In this document: positions 32,301 through 43,200 of the stretch, piece after piece | How the letters are laid out: the number at the start of each line of letters is the position of its first letter | How positions within the stretch are numbered: position 1 is the first letter of the stretch | NCBI GenBank assembly: GCA_000165345.1 | Contig: CM000430.1 | Location: 352,001-416,000, forward strand | DNA: 64,000 bases | Direction: 5' to 3' | Notes under the pieces: model-generated | What the model was told of the DNA's origin: nothing | The model's input: the letters and a program-made list of their open reading frames with translations, nothing else | Databases searched by the model: none | Translations under genes and position numbers: made by a program

Positions 32301-33076
32301 ATATACCTAACATTGGCTTCCAACCTTGCTTAATAAATTATTTGTCCGTATTTTTGATGTATATGGACCCTCCTAGCGCATTTAAATGTATGTTAAATCT
32401 GATAAATTCTTTTGATTTTCTTTTTATTTCAAGCGACATAACTTCAAATTCATTTGAAAGCATTGACAAATGTTCAATTGGATTGCTATCAGAACCTTCA
32501 ACTGGAAGTCTCCTTTTAAATTCACATTATCATAATCAATTTTTATATAATGATAATATTTGGATTTTGTTTTCTCATATTTTCCAAAGCTTTGTATATT
32601 CAAAATTACCACAGCTGTACCAGCACTTGTTATATACGATTGGTATACATTTCGAAAGTGTAGTTACTCCATGGTTCAGGCACATATTTATGGATACATT
32701 ATCACTTCCTGTCGTACTTATCATTTGGGATAACTTTCTTTTACTTGGGTTACCTTTACTTTTTCAAGCTGGTCTTTCTTTATTAAAGCTTTGCGAACCA
32801 CAACTTTTGAAGTGTGAAAACATTTTGGATACTTTGAATCTTTTATTAAATAACTGCGACTATAACTCATTCGTGATAAAGGCAGATTCATTTACAAATA
32901 CATTGAGAGAAATGCAGAAAGTATGTGACATTACAGAGATCACGTCTATTACTTCACAATACAAGTTGATTGAACAAAAAAGATGGATATTGAGGAATCA
33001 ACAATCGGTTAGGAACTATCTTCTTAGTCAAGGCTATTACTGTACCTCGACTCCCAACACTCCGAAAGGAAGATAG
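29336..33076 (+). CDS. large protein with a divergent TBC (Rab-GAP)-like domain in its C-terminal half
   Basis: WSIGIPNDIRNKIWKIALGN (TBC N-terminal signature) ... GFQPCLINYLSVFLMYM ... PWFRHIFMDTLSLPVVLIIWDNFLLLG. ORF-track start 29294 is a TTG, so the first ATG at 29336 is used. Confidence 0.45.
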   Translation: MHFESSDNKIKEQITFLLNNENTNFDSSKAELIKSLIFSWKIFSERMDIESAEQFTNRFISLIGEHVFSQYYTTNGKIKRFYTHYENPFIVYLHVLYLKFSLGNFSGPISCTSLLNILFGDCNTEFSRILYRIHIFKIQNMLLLISSYYLNINWGYIYKLIPGISNFNCSNDAYYTRNIKNRGDDSAIGFIDSNLPRYNIHLSSFLVLRDCIYIVFSLIYYSKSRDLDDFIIDNYCGLLKDMTYQKTLLLTGPKISNTNNRLTGSFKLKERSCITSAIPLLYVLIQFISNSNETETVVNEIMSRITNEHIIDSGQYLKDNKFCSGNNSRIDISSPQFVISLKPSYKFPDYNKCIDILLKGGEFLFVYPAPNFLNLLIKRIRGNYTFDVGIGDFSKKNMNESRLSALLEEFFPKVMLKLSKDLTHLIIEEISNETKTRARGLSTISVETYKEKGIRSIFKRRPKKKKIPIENIVATSIGYSSRPESIPMPSPGMNIPCFCCIQSELDGASLFYRTLNIHTNKRCFKLLSVKTQDLCVKQWHAIIRQFMDLKFHQVQASNPISKNLIKITKSKKYNKIANCLLNSCKIIDKWYEEVLPKWGTHWNCNSMPVSIHNLSLSRNQNINKNRNESEYTKLYFGKYLKNISQTFQPDSFNFSFFGSHWLNQNNSMHIFVNRPRLTVLKSFQNLKGYSMENVCSSENGNSVSNWINFLQYKLHSSYPLYTFPIIDRGVRFGAPNSQLLSDLWSIGIPNDIRNKIWKIALGNDLKVSNELFNILNLQSKLNIDKNDDSSTNSVIFRYALEIQYIFYNKKRNSNIGKKLSPYIERKVEVLNSSASFYYPYFFSQKCGFAREFDYSTFKYEEADISLPLINTDEYFIDINNVYISKRMIKTDSLDNELFINRSNFEQIKSSDDIKFIDSLNSESMLALDFSSLEALKLNKFIQYHEVSNTHSNSFFQENMDLLKKNDTGNPSSITIIKGLLDTIAALISHIPNIGFQPCLINYLSVFLMYMDPPSAFKCMLNLINSFDFLFISSDITSNSFESIDKCSIGLLSEPSTGSLLLNSHYHNQFLYNDNIWILFSHIFQSFVYSKLPQLYQHLLYTIGIHFESVVTPWFRHIFMDTLSLPVVLIIWDNFLLLGLPLLFQAGLSLLKLCEPQLLKCENILDTLNLLLNNCDYNSFVIKADSFTNTLREMQKVCDITEITSITSQYKLIEQKRWILRNQQSVRNYLLSQGYYCTSTPNTPKGR

Positions 33077-33317
33077 CTCGCAAAATATATCTCTGCTCAA
33101 ACTGCCATCCACTAGAAAATCTATGTTTGCAAAATAAAATAAGAAATCGCATGTTTACAAAATTAAAGGCCTCTCTATCCTTTCTAAAAAAAACTAAGCC
33201 AGATTAGCTTGATTAACCTAACTTATTCGACTAAAAAGTTCTTAGACTCTAAAAATGCTCATATAAAATTTCTATTATGAAACCATATCGAAGGTCATTA
33301 GGACTTGCCATAGGGGC

Positions 33318-34259
33318 TTAATTTTTAACTTTATATACGTAAATATTCGAGTCTGTTGAACCAGCAAATAGCGTTTTACCGTCATTTGACCAGGTTAGTG
33401 AGACGCACCATGGCAAACCATTCTTTATTGGAGCTGGTGGAGCGAATTCTGCAACTGGTAATTTGTGCTCCAATTCCCAGATACGTATGCACTTATCAGT
33501 TGCAGCGCATAACCAATAGTTACAAGGCGAGAAGCAAAGCGCATTTATTGAGTGGTTGGCATCCAATGAATACAGATGTTTACCTTCACTTACATCCCAT
33601 AGCATGACAACGCCATCTTTACCTCCAGAAGCGCATAAGGAACCATCCGGAGCAATAGTGACAGTGTATAATACAGAAGAGTGGCCCACTAGATTGCATG
33701 TTGGCTTGAATTCATGACTCCAAACCTTGACTATCTTATCCCATCCACAAGAAACAAACAAAGGCTGGCTTGTTGAAGGTGAAAAACGCACACATGATAC
33801 CCAGTCGTTGTGCTGACCATCTAGAAGAGTATACATACAAACTCCCATTGCATTCCAAACCTTAATAGTGTGATCGCGCGACCCTGAGATAATCTGTCTG
33901 TTATCTGGCGATAATGCAACAGAAAATACATCAGAAGTGTGACCAACGAAGTTACGGACTGATTTCCCTGCATTAACATCAAATAATCTTAGGGTTTTAT
34001 CGCAGGAGCCAGATACAACATAAGACCCATCGCTTGAAACTGCAACATCATTAACCGCTTGGTTGTGGCCTGTTAGACGAGTTTTGGCCGAACCTATCGA
34101 GTGCTGATCCTTATTAGCATCACTTAAGTTCCATACAAGGACGCTTTTGTCACGACTTGCAGAAACTACAATATCTGAGTTATCAGGAGGAGCTGCTATT
34201 GATGTTACCCAATCAGAATGACCTGATAGACACCCAATGTATTCTAACGAACTTTCCAT
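33318..34259 (-). CDS. RACK1: RACK1 (guanine nucleotide-binding protein beta-like, 7 WD40)
   Basis: LSGHSDWVTSIAAPPDNSDIVVSASRDKSVLVWNL... is full-length RACK1-like. Single exon, GC-richer codon usage. Confidence 0.85.
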   Translation of the reverse strand: MESSLEYIGCLSGHSDWVTSIAAPPDNSDIVVSASRDKSVLVWNLSDANKDQHSIGSAKTRLTGHNQAVNDVAVSSDGSYVVSGSCDKTLRLFDVNAGKSVRNFVGHTSDVFSVALSPDNRQIISGSRDHTIKVWNAMGVCMYTLLDGQHNDWVSCVRFSPSTSQPLFVSCGWDKIVKVWSHEFKPTCNLVGHSSVLYTVTIAPDGSLCASGGKDGVVMLWDVSEGKHLYSLDANHSINALCFSPCNYWLCAATDKCIRIWELEHKLPVAEFAPPAPIKNGLPWCVSLTWSNDGKTLFAGSTDSNIYVYKVKN

Positions 34260-34706
34260 TGTAAAAACTTCACAAACTTAAACTTTGTGCTCCAGGCTCT
34301 ATTTACTACGTTAATAGACGATTCAGTCAATTTTCTTCTCAGCTCTTCAATGAGACGTCTTTGCAGTTTTATAAAGACACGACAAGTACAAACTTAAAAA
34401 ATGACTTGTCGAATAATAATATATTATAAAATCACTTTTATTATTGCTGTCTCAAAAGTACCCGCCATGGAGATTAAATAATGTTGCGCTATATTTTGAC
34501 TGAAGTTATCATAAAATTAATTAATAAGAAAATTCAACTCGTTTGAAAATGTAAATATTCTTACAAAAGAGAATTTTCAATATTCTTAGGCGGCAGCTAC
34601 ATGTATTTTATTTTTGCATGTATTTGCAAGTATTACAAAGTTTGAATTAATAGTTTTTTTAGTTGCAGAATTTAGATATATGATTTAGTACTTTCCTGAA
34701 AATACA

Positions 34707-36056
34707 ATGGATTTCAAAAAATACGAATTAATTAAAGAAATAGGGAGCGGAACTTTTGGTAAGTAGTTGTTTTGTGAAATTGTATCAAAGTTATTAGTTT
34801 AGGCCGCGTTTGGATGGCAAAAGATTTTGATAGCAATGAGTTTGTGGCAATAAAAAGAAGGCCGAAATGGCAAAATATCGTAAGGTATGTTTTGGAGTCG
34901 CTTTCTTAATTGATCAATCATTATTTTTATCAGCCGCGAAGTTGAGGCGATGGAGGCAGTTAAAGGAGAAAGGGGGATTGTACAAATTAAAGGATGTTTT
35001 TATAGTTTAACGCCAGGAGGAATAATAATGCAAAACATTGTAATGCCATTAATGACAAAAAGTTTAGGCGTTTTTATTAGAGAGAATAGGGCATTAAGAA
35101 AGCAAAACTCATCACATAGAATATCTCCAGAATTGGTGAAAAATCTTTCATTTCAAATTGTTAATGGCTTAGCTGCATTACATTCATCTGGATATACTCA
35201 CCGTGATTTCAAGCCAGACAATATTTTATTGATGGATACAGATGACAGTGAAAGAAAGTTTCCTACAATTAATATTTGCGATTTAGGTAAGTTGTAATTT
35301 GATTGGTTGCTATTAATTTTCCTTAGGGTCTTCAAAAAAACTGTTGAATAACAGTATTCACATGCCTTATGTGGTAAGCAGATTTTACAGAGTAAGTTTG
35401 CATCTGAAAAATAGTAAATGTAAATTCTTTCAAGGCACCAGAATTATTACTAGGAAGCTGCGATTACAATGAGAAAATTGATATTTGGGGTAGGTGCGGA
35501 TTATTTTTGTGATTAAATATCATTTTCTTTAGCTTTGGGTTGCATTCTTGCTGAACTATTGGCACTTGATCCTATTTTTGTTGGTAAGTATATGAAAATA
35601 GAATTGCATTAAAAATCAATTTCTTAGGCCGATGCCCAGACAAATATAGAGACAATAAAGTTAATTATAACAAACAAGGAGTTGATGAACCATTTCAAAT
35701 CCTGAAGATTATTGAAGTATTGGGGAGTCCCAACTCAAATGATATAGAATTAATTAAAAAAACGGTTCCTAAATCAATAATTAAGGTACTAGATGAATGC
35801 CTTCTTAAATCTGAAGTTTCCTCAATCTCATGGTTGGAAATATTTGAAGGATTTTTCACAGACGGGTATGTTTTAATCAATTATTTCTTTAATTTACATT
35901 TTTTTAGAGAAAGATTACTAGTAGAAATTATTTCGAATTGTATTCAATGGAATCCTACTAAAAGGCCATCAGTAAGTTGAATGATAAATATCTACAAATG
36001 AATTAAAGTTGCTTAAGGCCATTGAAATATTGAAGAGTAAATATTTTGAAAATTAA
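34707..36056 (+). CDS. GSK3-like CMGC protein kinase, 9 exons
   Basis: Exons 34707..34758, 34803..34884, 34934..35286, 35327..35391, 35435..35489, 35533..35583, 35628..35865, 35908..35971, 36009..36056 (1008 nt, 335 aa). GSGTFG|RVWMA...VAIK, HRDFKPDNILL, ICDLG|SSKK...YVVSRFYR|APELLLG...IDIW|ALGCILAELL, KIIEVLGSP. Confidence 0.6.
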
Positions 36057-36178
36057 ATTTATTTTTGGATTACTATTCTCGCATAATTGCATTGTGGGGT
36101 TTTAGTTTTGCGCTTTTTTATTTGCATGCCAAAAAAACTTGATTATTATTAAATTTAGAATAATAGTTTTTTAACAAC

Positions 36179-37063
36179 ATGGATTCAGAGTTAGAAGGTG
36201 TATTAGGAATTTCTGTTGAGAGTCGGAAACTACATTTAAGTAAGTTATGTTTCTTTTGCTTAATATATGCAGATTAAAAATTAGAAAAAATTTATAAGGA
36301 AATTGGCGAAATTTTGTTAAAAGTAAAGGAGCTTACTGAAATTGATAGTGCTGCAGAAATGTTTGATTATTCAAAGAGAATAGAACATTTGATGACAAAT
36401 TTTGAACAAATTAGCAGAATTAATGATGAAAATAAATTGGTGAAGAATATTTTAATTAAAGAAATATCCGGCATTGAAGGCAACATCGAAATGCTTAAAT
36501 TGGAGTTCTATAGGATTTCAAGCCGACTTTCTGATTCACTTAAAGAGAAGGATTACTTAGAGTATGAATTGAACAAACTCAAAAATAAGTACAAATCAAC
36601 CAACGATGAGTTGAACGAAATAAGAAATAAATTATCAGCAAGAAACGAAGAATACGATGAATTTAAAAAACTAAATGAATGCATGAGAAAGGAGGTCGAG
36701 GATTTAGAGCTGGCAATAACCTTGGAGGAGAACGCAATTTCTGAAAAGAGAAAGGAACTAAAAAACCTGGAAATGGTCAGCATCGGAAAGGAAACAGAAA
36801 TAAGAAAACTTGACAAATTGGCCTCCCAGACTATTTCGGAATTAAAAAGGAAAGTCAAGATAAGAGAGATAATTGAAGACAAAGTAAACGCCCCATCACG
36901 TTCCATCCCAGTAAAAGTTCGCCACGTAAATAAAGAAAGCAAAAATTCCAACCATAAAGATTTCAAAGATCAAAACAAAATACTGATAAATGAACGAGGA
37001 AAGTTGTGCAGTTCATTACAAAACATAAAAATAAAAAGAATAATGGCGCAACACATTATATGA
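36179..37063 (+). CDS. coiled-coil protein, 2 exons
   Basis: Exons 36179..36239 and 36285..37063 (intron 45 nt, GTAAGT...TTAG). The ORF-track start 36314 is a TTG. Heptad-rich, Glu/Lys-rich. Confidence 0.45.
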
Positions 37064-37070
37064 GGGATCA

Positions 37071-38078
37071 TTAGCCACTTAATATCGGCTTAGCTTCCTT
37101 TTGATGCAAAACTTCTACTGACTTGTTATTTTCCAATCTTACTTTAAAATCCTTTATAGTTTCCTTGATTCCTGTTTTAATATCTACCGTTGGTTTCCAA
37201 TTTAAGATTCTAATTGCTCTGGAAATATCAGGTTGTCTTTTTTTAGGATCATCCATTGGAAACTTTCTGTGCGATATTTTTAAATTAGGGTCAACAAGTT
37301 CACGAATTATTTCGCCTAGTTCTAATATCGAGATTTCATTAGGATTTCCTAAATTAATTGGCATGTTGTCTAAAATCTTCTCCCTATCTAATTTCATTAG
37401 TTTATAGAGCCCATCAACCATATCAGTAATATAACAGAAACTCCTTGTCTGCGTTCCGTCCCCATAAATAGGCAATTCTTGATTGAGCAGTGATGAGAGA
37501 ATAAAGTTTGAGACTACCCTACCATCATTAAACAGCATTTTAGGACCATATGTATTAAAGATTCGAGCTATTCTTACATCAACACCATGATTTCTATAAT
37601 ATTCCATACAGAGAGTTTCCGCGATTCGTTTCCCCTCATCATAACAGCTTCTGGTTCCAACCGTGTTTACGTTTCCGTAATAAGATTCATTTTGGGGATG
37701 AACTAATGGGTCACCATAAATTTCTGATGTAGAAGCAAATACAACTTTTGAGTTTGTTCTTTTGGCTAACCCTAAAATATTCATAGTTCCAATAAAGCAT
37801 GTCTTTAACGTGTAGATCGGATCCTTTTGATAGTGAATGGGAGATGCCGGGCATGCAAGGTGATAGATTTCTTTGACTTCTAGCTTGATACTATCAATAA
37901 TATCGTGTCGAATAATTTCTAGCCTAGGGTTTTCTCTACACTGGCCAATATTAATCACATCCCCACTGAAGAAGTTATCCAGAGCAAGGACATAATAGCC
38001 CTTACTCAACAGATACTCAACTAGATGAGAGCCAATAAACCCAGAGGCTCCAGTTACAAGAACAGTAATATCTGACAT
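37071..38078 (-). CDS. UXS: UDP-glucuronate decarboxylase (UDP-xylose synthase)-like NAD-dependent dehydratase
   Basis: VLVTGASGFIGSHLVEYLL (Rossmann GxxGxxG), YxxxK, ...STSEIYGDP...RIARIFNTYGPKM...DGRVVSNFI is near-collinear with UXS1. Confidence 0.75.
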   Translation of the reverse strand: MSDITVLVTGASGFIGSHLVEYLLSKGYYVLALDNFFSGDVINIGQCRENPRLEIIRHDIIDSIKLEVKEIYHLACPASPIHYQKDPIYTLKTCFIGTMNILGLAKRTNSKVVFASTSEIYGDPLVHPQNESYYGNVNTVGTRSCYDEGKRIAETLCMEYYRNHGVDVRIARIFNTYGPKMLFNDGRVVSNFILSSLLNQELPIYGDGTQTRSFCYITDMVDGLYKLMKLDREKILDNMPINLGNPNEISILELGEIIRELVDPNLKISHRKFPMDDPKKRQPDISRAIRILNWKPTVDIKTGIKETIKDFKVRLENNKSVEVLHQKEAKPILSG

Positions 38079-38145
38079 TTTTCTTTGTATTTAAATTTGG
38101 AATTTGAAAATAACTCTCCCAGAGCAAAAAAAATGGGAAATCAAA

Positions 38146-38240
38146 TAGCGCGCGCCCTCACCCACATGATACCATAGCGCCATAGGCGGCAAAATGTGTG
38201 TAGAGTGTGTGGGTATCTTTCGCGTTTCCCCACATGTCGA
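38146..38240. promoter_or_regulatory. GC-rich island in the UXS/MORN bidirectional promoter (TAGCGCGCGCC, CCCACATG x2, TAGCGCCATAGGCGG, TTTCGCG)
   Basis: ~95-bp GC-rich block inside >80% AT intergenic DNA, read directly from sequence. Confidence 0.4.
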
Positions 38241-38430
38241 AAAATTGTAATATTCAACTTTGTAGAACAATTTCAAGTAATATAAACTTTGAGTGGTGAG
38301 ACTTTTTCATCTGTAACCATAAATCATTTCTACTTCCCAGATTTTAAAGTTCTTATCACCATTCACAAGCTATTGAATATAAATAAGGTAACATTCTGAG
38401 TGAATTATTGATTGACTTGCATAATTTAAT

Positions 38431-40035
38431 ATGGGAGGTTGTAAATCAAAGGCCGATAAGCATATTGAAAATAGGGAGATTCCACAAGCCCCAGAATTGA
38501 GAGTTGAAAAACGGCCTTTAGTTGAACTTCAGGATAAGATTACATACGAGGGTGAATGGTTAGGGGACAATAAACATGGATATGGAATTCAGAAGTGGCC
38601 AGATGGTGCCGTTTTTGAGGGAAACTTTGTCAATGGAACAGCAAACGGATACGGAGTATTCATTCATACTGATGGCGATAAATATGAGGGCGAATGGCAG
38701 AATGATAGAGCTCATGGCCATGGCACATATACGCACTCTGATGGAAGTAAATATGTAGGCGAATGGAAAAATGACAAAAAACATGGTAGGGCTATTGAGA
38801 GCTGGGTTGATGGTAGTAATTTTGAAGGAAGTTATGCATATGGCCTTAAACAAGGTTTTGGGAAATTTTCATGGCATGATGGTTCAAAGTATATTGGTAA
38901 CTTCGACGCAAACCAAATTAATGGCTTTGGAATCTATCATTGGAATGATGGGAGAGTATATACGGGCTATTGGCTAAAAAATCATATGTTTGGTTATGGC
39001 AAATTTGATTGGACCGATCATAGATGCTATGAAGGACAATACATAAATGATAAAAAAGATGGTGATGGCAAGTTTACATGGCCAGACGGTCGAGCATATA
39101 TTGGTCAATGGAAGAATGGAAAACAACATGGAATTGGTATATTTTATAATATTAAAAAGGAAGGTAAGGTTGGAGAATGGAGAGATGGAAGTAGGTTGAG
39201 GTGGATAAAATCTTCTCTAGAGAATGGCGAGTTGGTCGGGGAGGGTTTGAGTTTAAGAGAAGAATATTCTAAGCAAAGGGAAGAGCTTTTGAAAGCAAAT
39301 GATTTGTATGAAAACTATAGAAAACTTCCAAAGAATGATTTGGAGCTCCAGCAAATGAGGATATTACAAAAATTCGATGAGTACCTACTCACTTTGAGTG
39401 ACTCAGAAAAGAGTTTGGAATCAAATAAACAAGCCGCATCAGATACTTTGGTAGATTCTAATAATATTGTTACACAATTGAAGAATAACGATTCTGCCCT
39501 TGAAAACAAACATCAGGAAATGGAGAACGCTGATGGCGGAAATGAGCAGTTGAATACGGAAAGTTTGCAGATAGAAGAAACAAAAAATGAACAAGAAAAT
39601 TGTGGTGGTTCAGAGAATGTTGTTGAATATACTGCTGACTTAAGCCTTGTTGAGGAAAGCAGTGACAAAGAGGAAAAGCCTATTAGCGCCCCTCTCATAC
39701 AAGAAGACGCTCAAATCAATACAGAATTAGTGGATCAAGTTCAGGTAGACAGTAACAAAGATCGTGGGATGACTGGTGGAAATTCTGCTTTAGACTTATT
39801 AGACTGTTCTGAGAATAAAGGAGAGATCTTGGAAAATTCTGGTGCAGATAGTTCTGACTCAAAATTGGATAACTTGGAGGTTAAACCTTGTAATAATGAA
39901 GATATACAAATATCGGAACAAGAGATCAAAGGAGATTTAGTAGAAAATATAGGTTCAGAATTGAAAGCTAATTCACTGACTGAAAAGGAATTGGAAGATA
40001 TAGCTGAAAATAAAGGGTTAGAAGATTCAAAATAG
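38431..40035 (+). CDS. MORN-repeat protein with N-terminal dual-acylation motif and acidic C-terminal tail
   Basis: MGGCKSK (Gly2 myristoylation, Cys4 palmitoylation candidate). At least 9 YEGEW.....HG.G MORN repeats. Glu/Asp-rich tail. Confidence 0.75.
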   Translation: MGGCKSKADKHIENREIPQAPELRVEKRPLVELQDKITYEGEWLGDNKHGYGIQKWPDGAVFEGNFVNGTANGYGVFIHTDGDKYEGEWQNDRAHGHGTYTHSDGSKYVGEWKNDKKHGRAIESWVDGSNFEGSYAYGLKQGFGKFSWHDGSKYIGNFDANQINGFGIYHWNDGRVYTGYWLKNHMFGYGKFDWTDHRCYEGQYINDKKDGDGKFTWPDGRAYIGQWKNGKQHGIGIFYNIKKEGKVGEWRDGSRLRWIKSSLENGELVGEGLSLREEYSKQREELLKANDLYENYRKLPKNDLELQQMRILQKFDEYLLTLSDSEKSLESNKQAASDTLVDSNNIVTQLKNNDSALENKHQEMENADGGNEQLNTESLQIEETKNEQENCGGSENVVEYTADLSLVEESSDKEEKPISAPLIQEDAQINTELVDQVQVDSNKDRGMTGGNSALDLLDCSENKGEILENSGADSSDSKLDNLEVKPCNNEDIQISEQEIKGDLVENIGSELKANSLTEKELEDIAENKGLEDSK

Positions 40036-40208
40036 GATAAGAACAGGTAAATAGCGAAACAATAGATTTGAATTATATGTATATGAATTTAGTTTCGTTG
40101 TAGGAAGTTTTTTTGTAAATTTGAGATTAAAAGCATTAATACTAGTATTTTTTTTAACAATTTATTTGCGCGGATTTCTTTTTAGTTCAATTTAATAAAA
40201 TTTTATTC

Positions 40209-43200
40209 ATGTCATTTCATATTGAACAGAAGTCACTATCGTTTGAGTTGTGGGAATACTTCTATAATGACGGAGATGAAAGGCTCATTTCTAGTGATTG
40301 TTTTCAACAATCTACCGAAAACAAGTATTCTAGGCTTGTATTTGCACTTGTATCACTTTTGAATGGTAAAGATATGAAACAAAATTACTTAAAGGATTTC
40401 CACCTGGAAAAAAGTACAGCAGAGCTATATGAGATTTGTAAATACGATACTTTTTCAACAAAAAATTCAGATGATAAATGTATTTTCAATTTATTCAGCA
40501 AGCTCAAACAACATGTTGGCGATTTAAATACATGTTTTGTTGGAATAAATGAGTTCGAGTCTTTAATCAATTTTCCAGAAATTAATGAGAAATACATAGT
40601 ATATTTAATATTTTGGGTTGTAGTTAAATTTTTTGAAAGTATAAAGATTGTTGAAAGTGATAGAGAATTTAATCAAATTGTCACTTGTTATTTGAATTTA
40701 GCATACAATATTGATCATTTAATTTGGGATTTAATTGTATCAGATTATATACTTTCATTAAGAAAAAAAGGAATTATTGATGTTAATTCAATTACTATCG
40801 AGTTGAATGACGAAGTAGAATCACTTTTTTTTTTATTAGTGAGCCCATATAGTATTTGTCCGACTTTATGCAGCTTATTCTTATTGTTAAAATCAAAAGT
40901 AATCAGAAGCAGGTTTAAATATATTAATGAAAATTGCTTCTTTGTTTCAGTTATAAATCAAATTGTTAAATTGATCGCAAATACTTTGAAGGAGATTAGC
41001 CCAGATATGGCAGAGCTTTCTTTTACAATAACTGTATGCAGAATGATTTCAAATATATCGTACGATTTTAATAATGAGCTAATTCAGCAACTATATCTAT
41101 TAAGGGATTACCAAAAATGCATGATTCCAGGTTTAAAGAGAATAAATCCAATATTTGTCGACAGGTTCATTTTATATAGTTTCATTTCAATTGAACAATT
41201 TTGGATAAAAATTTCTAAGGATGAAGGATTTTTTTCATCAATAATAAACCACATTCCTCCATTAGAACTTTCAACTTCAATTATATCTCTCATGAATCCA
41301 TATAAAGAATTTTCCAAATACATAGTTATTTTAATTGTTCTTTTCTCATTGAATAATCAATTATCTAATACAGGTAATGTAAGTAAACACGCGATAGAGA
41401 TTATGAAAAAGTTAGTAGAAAATCCCAAAGAGCCTGTTGAAATACTATTAAAATATTTTCTATTCCCAGATTATACAAGAGATTCAAGCGCAAAATCAAA
41501 TTTATATATATTTTTCAGACTTTTATCAAATAATATTTGCAATTCTTCAGTTTCCTTGGGCATAGTGAAAAGCATCTGCAACTTGATTCAAATACACTAT
41601 TTTCCATTATCTGAAACATTTCTTTACAATTATTTGGAATCATTCCCCAAATTAGTTAAATTATGTAATGTAGACAAAGAAACCTCTAGATTTGATGATG
41701 AAATAAAATTAAATCTCTTGAGCTTAATGAATTTTGAAGGATGTATACTAATAGATGAAATGTACTGGCTTAATTCGAGCCTTGTACATGTATTATTAAA
41801 TGAGATTAATATTGAGTTTGAACATATTTTGCCATTTATTCATTCCATTTCTTTAAGTATAATGAATATACAATCTACCATAAACAATCAAATTTTTGCT
41901 AACTATGGTTATCCAATTAATAAAGTTAAAACTTCACAAAATAAAAGCAATTTCAAGGTTAATGAATTACATTGCCAGAAAATCATTAAATCTTCAAATT
42001 TTTTATTTAAAACGAAAAATATTGACATTATAATAATATTAATATTAGACCACATATCCGATTGGATTAAAAAGAATGATAAATGTATTTCTTTTGAATG
42101 GTTATTAAAGCAATCAACCTTATTCATTAATTTGAATATAAATAATGAATATGTGCAAGGATACTTCTCAATATTTTTTATTTATTTGTTTTCAAGAATA
42201 ATTGAAGCAGATAAATTAGATAGAAAGTTAATAACAATAAACTTTCATATTATCCCCTGGAAGGGGATATTAAGGTGGATTGATTCTTGGGAGGGAGTAT
42301 TTCTTCAGAGTGTATTAAACCCTAGAACCTGGAGGGTGATATTCTCTGAAATTACTGCAATAATTATCCCAGAATCTCTTATAATACCATCAATTCCAAA
42401 CAGTTTTTCTGAGATTCAGTCTCAGTATTTTTCTCTGAGTAATGTAAATCCTTTTAAAGAAAAAATAAATTTATGGTTAAAGGATCGTAAGAGTTTGTTA
42501 GAATCTCTAAAAAGTAAAGTAACAACATTAGGAAGCGTTAAGTCTACGTTAAAATGGCTTGAAATGTTTTATTTTGAACCAAATATGGCAGTTTATTTTA
42601 CACTAGAATGCATTTTTATACGCGAATCAGTTTATGTTAAAGAACAGCACTTTCAAGAATTATACTTTGAGATATGTTCAAATGAAGCAAAACTTAGAGA
42701 ATTTATTACAAATCCTGATACATATATCAAAAATATTAGTAACTATCTATCTGAAGAGAGTTCAATTGAAATAATTTGCAATATTTCGCTTATAATGCTT
42801 TATTTTCATGAAGTAATAAAACACAAAAACCCTATTATTAACCATTTTCAGAGTGTGGATTTTGATATTTTTTGTATTATCTGGAACAAATATGTAAATT
42901 ATAGTAGAACCGAAAGTCAATTAACAAGTAGACAGATTTCAATATTTTTTTCCAACATTTTCTGTAGAAATACAAATATTGCTCAGCAAATTGTAGAACA
43001 AGGATTTCAATATAAAAGTCTCAATAATCGTATTGATTTCAATGTTTATCTCGAAAGAACACGCTCATTTATTGATAGAATTTGCTATATTACACCACAA
43101 ATACTCTGTGAGCATACTATTCTACCAAAAATAGCAAATAAGTTGGACAAACTGCTGAATACAAGATCACTTATTGAATTGTGGGGAAAATACAACGTAA

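Noticed and set aside
35866-35907. Treating 35866..35907 as constitutive exon sequence of the GSK3-like gene
   Set aside because: The 42 nt have GTATGT...TTTTTAG boundaries, intron-like AT content, and interrupt kinase subdomain XI. It is kept as an intron but flagged as a possible retained isoform because it is in frame.
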